A DNA stretch of 64,000 nt from Amphiscolops sp. MND2022. Its lineage: Eukaryota. Under the pieces are notes generated by a model. The model saw only the letters and a list, made by a program, of their open reading frames with translations, had not been told where the DNA came from and did not search any database. Shown here one piece after another: positions 21,401-31,189 of this stretch. Location of the stretch: positions 37,696,001 to 37,760,000 of the forward strand of contig OZ076410.1 in assembly GCA_964187785.1 (NCBI GenBank). The letters run 5' to 3'. Numbering within the stretch: position 1 is the first letter of the stretch; every line of letters begins with the position of its first letter. A program made the position numbers and the translations under genes.

Positions 21401-22348
21401 CATTGATGGAACAGTCATTTTTTCTTTCGAAGCAAGGGATTGACGTTAGAGGCATTGGCATAAGTTTCGAATTGAAATGTAGTCGCTGGATGTTTTTCCT
21501 GTGTGACTTGGGACTTGTGGCTCTTCCAACAAACGAAAACAATGCTGCCGCTATACAGTACAAAAAGCAGAAATTGTCCTGTTTGTTAACAATATTTAAA
21601 ATGGTTCGGGTCAATGGCTTTAGGAGCGCAGGTGTTTCAATGTAAGAAGCACCAGTTACGTTACTGCAGGACACTGTTTTGATTTCCAATCGCTTCAAGG
21701 ACTGTACCACCCAACCGGAGCCTCCAGTAGCAAAGACATTCAACTGACTCATCAACGCATCAACATGTTCATAGTATTCATCATCCGTGAATGCACATGC
21801 GATTCTGGACATTGGTGAATTGAAAAAAGCCTCAGTAACTTCGCTCTCAAAAGGTTTCTCCAATTTGACACTGATCGTTATCCCCAGCTTAACATTTGGT
21901 GTTTCTTTCAAAAGATTGTTCACGAATCCAATAACTCCATCTTTTTGAGAAACCAAATAGTTGAATGGCTCCAATGCTCTATCACTCTCCAACTTGACGC
22001 GATGAATAAGGAATTTGGAACTTATTGCTTTGGTCGTGAATTCAAGCAAGCTAGAGACATCAATCGTATTCGAGTGAGGGGTTTTTGTTTCACCATGGAA
22101 AACTTCGTTGTGATCTACGAGTGCAGCTTCGTTCCCAAAATATGTGGGACAGGAGAAGCAACGTACACTGTTATTTGAATTGTGTTGTTTCCTGATGTGT
22201 CTCAATAAATTGTAAAGCTCGCATCACATTCACCACATCGGAATAACTTCGCATTGGAATTGCTTTGACTATCGTGTTTTTTTCGCATGTGATCTTTCAA
22301 AGCCCGTTCCGAGCCAAAAAGTTTAGCACATTGGGTACAAGAAAACAT
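18462..22348 (-). pseudogene. Protein-primed family B DNA polymerase (pPolB) with N-terminal C2H2 fingers, terminal-protein region, exonuclease and EndoVII/HNH-like insertion; several frameshifts and a stop
   Basis: VVYADLE (ExoI), HNLSRYDAH (ExoII), FLDSY, YLKTDVLILADIFE, FFDVTSLY, KLMSNACFGK, YKDTDS, SFDDKR, AYGH; CFIC...HCHLTG...AHSRCNL insert. ATG at 22348 begins MFSCTQCAKLF. Breaks near 22220, 20455, 20375, 19435 and 18700. Confidence 0.95.
20839..20926 (-). other. Spliceosomal intron (88 nt, phase 1) inside pPolB
   Basis: AGAA|GTAAGT...CTGTTTCAG|GC. Excision gives VDSR-S-NKITKQSFYRGEDPISKLLDTLR and joins ORFs 20853-22205 and 20453-20785 exactly in frame. The intron contains an in-frame stop. 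Confidence 0.8.
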
Positions 22349-22790
22349 GGTGAAATTCGTTCTTTTAGTTCATAAACAGGTAAAAAGTCGTGGTCCGTTT
22401 ATTTCACTACAAAAAAATCAGCACGGAAAAAAACAGCACTTTGTATTTTGGGACCACGGCTTTTTACGGTGCTGGTTCACGTTTTCCGATATTATAGAAT
22501 TCAAATTAAAATATAACAGAGCGTCGCAATAGTACTATGGAAAGTGAATTTGAATTGAGGCTCAGTTCATTAGGTGAGAAAGTCGAATTATCGGATTGAG
22601 AATTATCGGATTGACCAAGTCAGAATTTGATAGCCTACTTTCACTTTTGTTAGTTTTGTTCATTTTCCGATTTCGGTACCGAAACTGTCGTTAAAAGTTT
22701 GCACAACAAAGTAATTGTGACTACGGATGACAGTTGGTTTGCATAGGATTTGATAATCTATATTTGGTTCAAATTGTACTTCGAACTCTC

Positions 22791-22910
22791 TGACTTAGAT
22801 GAATTTCGGTTTGGGATCGAAAAATTACACTTAGTGGTTTGGGATCGAAAAATTGCAGATGGTGGTTTGGGATCGAAAAATTGCAGTAAACCCCCCTTTC
22901 CCTTACTACT
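22791..22910 (-). repeat. Right TIR of Polinton
   Basis: Ends ...CCCTTACTACT, followed by the TSD GCTATG. Three GGTTTGGGATCGAAAAATT repeats. Confidence 0.95.
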
Positions 22911-23044
22911 GCTATGATATTCACTCGGTCACAATGATACACGCTAACTACACTTACACATCTAAAGCAAAATCATTTGTGATTAGAGTTTTAGTCAAAA
23001 CTGAGTAATCAACAAAGTGGCATAAAGTAAACGACATTACTAAC

Positions 23045-23248
23045 CTGGTCGAATTCAATAAATGCATATTGCAACGAGTTTCCAGTCTTCCAATCGCGGA
23101 TAACTTCGCAGCTGAGAATTTCACCAAAGCGGCTGAAAATGATGTGCAAGTCTTCTGAGCAGGTGGCGGGATTCAGTTTGCACACAAAAAGCACGTTCTC
23201 AGGGGGTTTGACGTCTACACTCGGCAAATCCCCAATCATTTCCAACAC
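23045..23248 (-). CDS. PPIL4: PPIL4 exon 4 (RRM)
   Basis: [27 protein letters not shown]...YAFIEFDQ. Acceptor CATTAG, donor GTTAGT, 204 nt. Confidence 0.96.
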
Positions 23249-23587
23249 CTAATGCATACAGAAATTAAGAAACAATGCATCTATGCTCATCACTGCAACA
23301 TGGGCTTTTTTCGTCGACAGTTCAAAAATATTGAAAGGTTTTCTATATGCAGCCTTTCTTTTTTCAAGAAAAAGATTTTATTGCATAGTTTTCGGAATAC
23401 TGTTACAAGAGAGTAGATTAGACTATGTTATTACCAAGAAATGCAAGACAATGAAATGAATATTCCACTTATCATCACCGGTAAATCAGAAATTTCAAAT
23501 TACATTTTATATGTCTATGAATTTTATATTTCTTTATTACTTTTAAATACATTAACGACAAAGCTACTACCCGAAGTAGAAAAAAAA

Positions 23588-24262
23588 ACAAGTCGGCAAC
23601 GGCCCAAGTCGGCGCTTCGCTCAGGGTTCAAAGTTAAGACAAATATGCAAACATAAAAAAAACAATTTAGGAAAAATCAGCGTCGAAAAAGCCAAAAGGA
23701 GACCATTTAACTTTGCGAAAGACTTTTTCTAAGCCGAAACCCTTCGACCTAATGAATTTTCCGAAAAGTCGCACAGTACCGAAAAAAGTATATCTTTTTT
23801 CATCAGCCCTACGTGACCAAAAAATAACCAAAGAGGTTACCGTTGAGACTCGGAAAACGGGTTTTCTCAACAGAAAACTACAAAAAATAGTGAATAAAAA
23901 TGTCGAAATTCAACAATTGCTTGAAAATTCTTCGATAACTCGCATAGTTAAAGAACCCGAAGAGGTCCTCTATGCTCGCAAAACGCTTTGTTTCTGATAA
24001 AAATCAAGGGGGTTCAAAAGCTTCAGAAAAGTCACATAGTGACGAAAAAAAACAGAACGGAGACCTTTCGGTCTCCATCTACTTTGGCAATCATAAAAAA
24101 TTTCGTACAGCGCAGGGTAAGAACCCATTTAACCTCATTCCCAGCTACTGTCAAACCCGCGGTAACCACTAGGACAAGTGACGGGAGCAGTTAGAAGTTA
24201 ATAAGGTACAACTTATAGAAATGCTTAGAAATGTAGGCTTTCTATCGAAAGCGCCGACTAAT
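23588..24262 (+). mobile_element. Family A Helentron/HINE-like element in PPIL4 intron 3, diverged
   Basis: 5' AACAAGTCGGCAACGGCCCAAGTCGGCGC; 3' GGCTTTCTATCGAAAGCGCCGACTAA. Boundaries are approximate. Confidence 0.5.
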
Positions 24263-24390
24263 AAACAAAAGGTTTAATCGAAACTTTGATCTCGTTAAAC
24301 GATCGTAGAGCGATCGATACGCAGTATATTGAATTGCAACAACTTGACAACGGTTGAATAAAGCGACCACAAAATAAACTTCCTGCTTAC

Positions 24391-24600
24391 AGTGGCTTGT
24401 GCCCTGGCTTCCTTTTCTTTGAACTCTTCGTCGATTGCTTCCACAGTCAAGGCTTTTTCGTCGGCCAGTTCCTCGTCTAAGCACATGCGGTCACTTTCCA
24501 ATACATCTCTGTTGGGACTTGGAGACCTAGAGGGAACACACAGTCCATCTGGGTCTTCAAAGGGATCCTCCAAAACGATAGTATGACAAATACGAATATC
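24391..24600 (-). CDS. PPIL4: PPIL4 exon 3
   Basis: DIRICHTIVLEDPFEDP...KEKEARAQAT. Acceptor GTTTAG, donor GTAAGC, 210 nt. Confidence 0.95.
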
Positions 24601-24848
24601 CTAAACACACCTCGTGGAAGAAAAACAGCGTGATAATTGAACAGCGTGACACTAAACTAATTTTTTTAGTACTATTTGAAAATTCGGTAGCTAGCAATCA
24701 GCAGCTAAATTCTCTGTGCTACTAGAGTCCCAACTTCGATATTCCTGATAATTCTAGAAATTTAAATGTATTTGTTGATACATTGATTCGTGACATTCGT
24801 AGAAAACAAGGTGCAGCGATCATGAGAAATCTAACTTGAAATGCTTAC

Positions 24849-25076
24849 TTGATAAGGGCGACTGTCACCATCTACCAGAGCATCGTTGAGTTTTTCCACC
24901 AGTTCAAAACCTTCAACTACTTGTCCAAAAACTGTATGATCATCGTCCAGGTAAGTCAAGTCACTTCCCAATGTTATGAAAAACTGAGAAGCGACGTTAC
25001 TCTGATTAACCATGGAAACAGTCCCTGGCCGAACATGTTTCAATCTTGGCTTCTTTTCACCTTCAAAATAAGTCGC
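24849..25076 (-). CDS. PPIL4: PPIL4 exon 2 (cyclophilin domain)
   Basis: ATYFEGEKKPRLKH...GTVSMVN...SQFFIT...HTVFGQVVEG...RPYQ. Acceptor TTTCAG, donor GTAAGC, 228 nt. Confidence 0.95.
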
Positions 25077-25520
25077 CTGAAATGAATTTACTTGCAAGAC
25101 CAGTATGCAACCAAATGTCTCCTCGAAAACTGGATAGTGCTAGTACATGTATCACGCTCTTGAAACACTCTCAACCTTTCATGCTTAGATTTTTTTGGAA
25201 AAAATGAATTATTATGAATTGAGAACCGGTATAAAAATACACGCTGCTGGAAGGAATGGAATTCCAAAAAAAAACATTTCTCAAGAAGAACGCAGGTGCT
25301 GACGTGATGTTTTTCTGTAAATTTCATAAAACATGGAATGTTAGTTTCAGGTGTTGCGGCATTTAGGCATTCTTTGCATTAGGCAAGAATGGCCCTGTAA
25401 CTAGCAATTATATCATCTGATGATGCTATACATCGCTGCTCCCTAAACGAAACATTTGATACTTAGCTGGTTCATAACTGACGTGCACACATGTAAGATC
25501 GAGTCCAAAAGATGAAAAAC

Positions 25521-25742
25521 CTGAGTTCCATAAAGTGAAGCGAAAATGGATTCTCCTCCAGTGCCTCGGCCAGTCGGATCTCCAGTTTGAGCTATGAAAT
25601 TTCTTTTGATGTAGTGGAAGGTGCAAAAATTGTAGTACTTAATTTTGCACAACTTCAAAAAATTTTTACAAGTGCGCTCCCTTTCGTCAGTAAAAAGATC
25701 GATGACAATATCACCGAGGGTCGTTTCAACTAACACACTCAT
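25521..25742 (-). CDS. PPIL4: PPIL4 exon 1 (cyclophilin domain N-terminus)
   Basis: [21 protein letters not shown]...[13 protein letters not shown]...[19 protein letters not shown]. Donor CAG|GT at 25520, 222 nt. Confidence 0.96.
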
Positions 25743-25817
25743 CTAAAATTCAATAAGGTGATTTCTTATGCAGATCGGACGTATCTTTCCAATGACAAAA
25801 CGAAGTTATTTTTGGTA

Positions 25818-26393
25818 CTTTCCTAATAGACCGGACAATTATTTGCTAGCCGGACGCGCTATAAAACCAATCCTAATAGACCGGACGCCCCTAAGCTAAG
25901 TTTTTATTTACATAGAATAGACCGGACACCCCTAAGCTAAGTTTTTATTCAAATAGATGTGGGTTGTTAGCTAAGTAGGCTGTTAAGCCTGAAAACTGTC
26001 AGCTTATTATAACATGTCATATCAAGTACCCCCTCGGATATGTCCCCATTTCCTCTAGTGCCCTGCGGCCCCTTGGGGCCGCCTATATTCCCATCTTGCT
26101 AAGCGAGGTCGAACAGGAGCAAAGACCTAGCGGGAACGGAGATCGCGAAGCGATCGTAGTGGGAGCTGATCTTTGCGACGGTGAGGGCGAGCGTGCATGC
26201 ACCGCATATGCCCCACATTATGATATTTCCGCACTTTAATAATATTTTATTACATGTATCTAATTGCTATGTTGTAAATTGAGTCAATATAATGTTGGCA
26301 AACCTTTAAGTCAATAAACTGACTGTCCGGTCTCTATATAGTGCGTCCGGTCTATTAGGAATGTTTTTTCAATTGTCCGGTCTATTAGGAAAG
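25818..26393. mobile_element. TA-flanked MITE (Tc1/mariner-type) immediately upstream of the PPIL4 ATG, with a nested family B element
   Basis: Perfect inverted repeat GTACTTTCCTAATAGACCGGACAATT at 25815-25840 and 26371-26396 (includes the TA). Internal CTAATAGACCGGAC sub-repeats. Confidence 0.75.
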
Positions 26394-26769
26394 TACTTTA
26401 TTTTTTTCACATGAAAAGTTCAGAAATTAAAATTTACTGAATTGGCTATTCTAAGACCCACTGCGATACTTTAGGTCTACTGTTACAACAGAAAATATCA
26501 ACGAGGGGACCTGTCAGGGTAACAAAACTTTTCTTGACTAAAAATATCACGGAAAATTTTGTTCAAAAAAGTCGGGTAGTGCCGAATTTACCCAATAATA
26601 ACAATAAGAAATTCTAAAAACACCAAATTGCGGCAGGATTTGTGTCAGCGAATTCCCAGAGGTGTGCACTTTTGGGGCCAGAAAACTCTATTTCAAATTG
26701 AAACATTGTAATATAGGAATGAGACAAAATGAGATTGAACTATAACTAAAATCAAAGAAACAATCACAT

Positions 26770-29700
26770 AGACGGCATTTTCACTTCCAAAAACAGATCT
26801 TTTGCATACCTTGCATACGCGATGCACGCTCGCACTCACCGATTCGCGACCTCCGTTCCCGCTAGGTCTTTGCTCCTGTTTAACCTCGCTATGCAAGATG
26901 GGAACATAAGCAGCCCCAAGGGACCGCGGAGTACCAGAGGAATGAGGAAGAAGTTAATTTTACTTTGGTGTACTGTATATATAACCCCTCAGCCTGCAAA
27001 CTCCTAACCTTATGAGGACCGAAGACTGCACTTCCTTCAAAACTTTCATTACAAATTGTTTGACTCAACATTCGCCCGCAAATAGGGGCTTAATATAGAC
27101 GTGTATATATAGGTTTGCAGGCTATAGGGTCTGTGGTTGTCATGCAGGGTACAACTGAAGAAAGTGGTGAGCATTTTCTTCGGCTTCGGACATTAAGTTC
27201 GATTTACTAAGTTCGAATTTGAACAAGTGCAAAAAGTTCGAATGGAATAGTTTCGAGACACCAAGTTCGAATTTTCATTTCGGGCACATTCGGTGTAAAC
27301 TGGACATCCTTCACACAAGATCCTGAGAGCTCCACCGCCCAGGATCTTAAGGAATCTAAAAACTGAAATGTGGGGCATATCCGGTGTATGCACGCTCACC
27401 ATCACCGTTGCAAAGACCAGCTCCCACTACGAACGCTTCGCGATCTCCGTTCCCGCTAGGTCTTTGCTCCTATTCGACCTCGCTTGGCAAGATGGGAACA
27501 TAAGCGGTACCAAGGGGCCGCGGGGCACTAGATGAAATGGGGAAAGATCAGAGGCACGTTTTATACCTAGTTCAAAATTCGAACAGTGATTCGAACTTGT
27601 TTCGGTTTTTGGAAAAGTCGAACTTAGTCCATTCGAAATTAAAAATCGAACTCATGCGTTCGAACTTAGGGGTGGACGGAAATAGGTCGAAGGAACGGGA
27701 TCGAAAATCAGAGTTAGTCCTCAGGTCGACATACCAAATTTTTGAATGGGATCGAAACAACTCGGATCGAAATTTTTATAACGTAGTCAGATAAGTTCAC
27801 ATACCCCTAGTGCCCTGAATGCAGGAGCGAAGCGAAGCGGAGCGACGTGCCATATGGCCATGCTTCAATGTTGCTACTTGGCGAAGGGAGCGAAGCGACC
27901 CAGCCATACAACAAATACAATAAAATTCGACCGCATTCCATTCGATCCCTGCAATTCGATCAAAAGGTTCGACCATTGTCCTTTCGACCAGAAAAATTCG
28001 ACCTATTTACAGCCACGCCGAACTTTTTACCGTGTCCCATTTTCTTCAGATAATCCACAGGAGCACATAGGTTATGCTCGTTTATACATTTTCCACGAAA
28101 GTTTATTATATCTTGGAGAATTGCCGAATATAAGTTGGCATATCTTATTTGCTTCCCAGGGGTGGCCGTTCACCAAGGGACTGAATGTAGCCAGAGGGTT
28201 GTACGAGAAAATGTTTCAAGTAGCAGGTATTCGTAGGACAACGCCAACGTTGATTCCAGATTCTGTTTATAAATTCAGCTACCATTTCAATATTGTAAAA
28301 ACAAGCATCAATATTAATATTAAAGTGTTTAGGATCTCTGTTGAGTGAGCATTGAAGGTTATGCGCTGTGCTTTTAACTCGGAGTGCTTCAGCATGAGCT
28401 GTTGAGACAAGGTCAGATTGGAAGGTAACTTTAATCAGAAATTTGATGTCGAGCGAGTCAGTTACGTGGAATCAGGTCTAATGAAATAGATCTAAGAGAG
28501 GGCGCAAAATAAATTGATCTGAATAATCAGGTCTAAAAATCTCTTCTAATTTGATCTAATTTGAGAAAAAAATAATGTCAATTAGGATCTAAAACTAAAT
28601 AGTGATATTAAGTATAAAACGTGCCTCGGATATGTCCCCATTTCTTCTACTGCCCCGCGGCCCCTTGGGGCCGCTTATATTCCCATCTTGCTAAGCGAGC
28701 GTGCATACATCGCATACGTTGCATACCTTGCATACGCGATGCACGCTCGCACTCACCGATTCGCGACCTCCGTTCCCGCTAGGTCTTTGCTCCTGTTTAA
28801 CCTCGCTATGCAATGGGAACATAAGCAGCCCCAAGGGAGCGAGTTTTCTTAGGATCTAAAACTAAATAGTGATATTAAGTATAAAACGTGCCTCGGATAT
28901 GTCCCCATTTCTTCTACTGCCCCGCGGCCCCTTGGGGCCGCTTATATTCCCATCTTGCTAAGCGAGCGTGCATACATCGCATACGTTGCATACCTTGCAT
29001 ACGCGATGCACGCTCGCACTCACCGATTCGCGACCTCCGTTCCCGCTAGGTCTTTGCTCCTGTTTAACCTCGCTATGCAAGATGGGAACATAAGCAGCCC
29101 CAAGGGACCGCGGAGTACCAAAGGAAAGAGGAAGAAGTTAATTTTACTTTGGTGTACTGTATATATAACCCCTCAGCCTGCAAACTCCTAACCTTATGAG
29201 GACCGAAGACTGCACTTCCTTCAAAACTTTCATTACAAATTGTTTGACTCAACATTCGCCCGCAAATAGGGGCTTAATATAGACGTGTATATATAGGTTT
29301 GCAGGCTATAGGGTCTGTGGTTGTCATGCAGGGTACAACTGAAGAAAGTGGTGAGCATTTTTTTCGGCTTCGGACATTAAGTTCGATTTACTATATTCGA
29401 ATTTGAACTAGTGCAATAAGTTCGAATGGAATAGTTTCGAGACACCAAGTTCGAATTTTCATTTCAGGCACATTCGGTGTAAACTGGACATCCTTCACAC
29501 AAGATCCTGAGAGCTCCACCGCCCAGGATCTTAAGGAATCTAAAAATTGAAATGTGGGGCATTTCCTGTGTATGCACGCTCACCCTCAATGTTGCAAAGA
29601 CCAGCTCCCACTACGAACGCTTCGCGATCTCCGTTCCCGCTAGGTCTTTGCTCCTATTCGACCTCGCTTAGCAAGATGGGAACATAAGCGGTACCAAGGG

Positions 29701-30910
29701 GCCGCGGGGCACTAGATGAAATGGGGAAAAATCAGAGGCACGTTTTATACCTAGTTCAAATTTCGAACAGTGATTCGAACTTGTTTCGGTTTTTGGAAAA
29801 GTCGAACTTAGTCCATTCGAAATTAAAAATCGAACTCATGCGTTCGAACTTAGGGGTGAACGGAAATAGGTCGAAGGAACGGGATCGAAAATCAGAGTTA
29901 GTTCTCAGGTCGACATACCAAATTTTTGAATGTGATCGAAACAACTCGGATCGAAATTTTTATAACGTAGTCAGATAAGTTCACATACCCCTAGTGCCCT
30001 GAATGCAGGAGCGAAGCGAAGCGGAGCGACGTGCCATATGGCCATGTTTCAATGTTGCTACTTGGCGAAGGGAGCGAAGCGACCCAGCCATACAACAAAT
30101 ACAATAAAATTCGACCGCATTCCATTCGATCCCTGCAATTCGATCAAAAGGTTCGACCATTGTCCTTTCGACCAGAAAAATTCGACCTATTTACAGCCAC
30201 CCCGAACTTATTACCGTACCCCATTTTCTTCAGATAATCCACAGGAGCACATAGGTTATGCTCGTTTATACATTTTCCACGAAAGTTTATTATATCTTGG
30301 AGAATTGCCGAATATAAGTTGGCATATCTTATTTGCTTCCCAGGGGTGGCCGTTCACCAAGGGACTGAATGTAGAACCAGAGGGTTGTACAAGAAAATGT
30401 TTCAAGTACTAGGTATTCGTAGGACAACGCCAACGTTGATTCCAGATTCTGTTTATAAATTCAGCTACCATTTCAATATTGTAAAAACAAGCATCATTAT
30501 TAAAATTAAAGTATTTAAGATATCTGTTGAGTGAGCATTGAAGGTTATGCGCTGTGCTTTTAACACGGAGTGCTTCAGCGTGAGCTGTTGAGACAAGGTC
30601 AGATTGGAAGGTAACTTTAATCAGAAATTTGATGTCGAGCGAGTCAGTTACGTGGAATCAGGTCTAAAGAAATAGATCTAAGAGAGGGGGCAAAATAAAT
30701 TGATCTGAAAAATCATGTCTAAAAATCTCTTCTAATTTGATCTAATTTGAGAAAAAAAATGTCAATTAGGATATAAAACCAAAAAGTGATATAAAGTATA
30801 AAACGTGCCTCGGATATGTCCCAATTTCTTCTAGTGCCCCGCGGCCCCTTGGGGCCGCTTATATTCCCATCTTGCTAAGCGAGCGTGCATAAATGGCAAA
30901 CGCCCCACAT
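26770..30910. repeat. Tandem duplication with ~2184-bp offset of a composite of family B Helitron-like modules, TTCGAA-rich tracts and GCGAAGCG motifs
   Basis: Near-identical spurious ORF pairs offset by 2184 (27537/29721, 27847/30031). Module GCGG(CC/TA)CCAAGGGGCCGCGGGGCACTAG is a GC hairpin plus CTAG. Confidence 0.8.
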
Positions 30911-31189
30911 TATATTTTCACTTTCAGAACACATATCAGATCATAAAGGGGTTAGACCTTAGTATTTTAGATAAAATTAGAACTGAAAGTCAGACCTAAC
31001 AGTTAGATCATATTCCATTAGACCCAAGCAATTAGATCAAAGGCGTACACTCCGAGCGAGTCGCCGCACAAGTCCAGAGGTAATACACAGGTAATTGTAA
31101 ACACAGGTTACCGATTTTTTTCCATTGATAATTATCCACACCAAAGGGGATCCTCCAAAGTAGAAATACTAAGACGGGGAGGAACTTCC

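Larger units (their letters stand above)
9134..22910. mobile_element. Full-length Polinton/Maverick (adintovirus-like endogenous virus), 13,777 bp, mutationally inactivated copy
   Basis: AGTAGT...ACTACT termini, 120-bp TIRs, 6-bp TSD. Encodes pPolB, rve integrase, packaging ATPase, adenain-like protease, and major and minor capsid homologues. Confidence 0.97.

Noticed and set aside
27190-27790. TTCGAA-dense tracts as heat-shock element arrays
   Set aside because: Canonical HSEs need nGAAn units in alternating orientation (TTCnnGAA). Here TTC and GAA abut directly, and the tracts are part of a repeated TE.
27537-30534. Repeated 60-165 aa ORFs
   Set aside because: They recur only because the DNA is duplicated. 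No protein motifs, and they lie within non-autonomous repeats.
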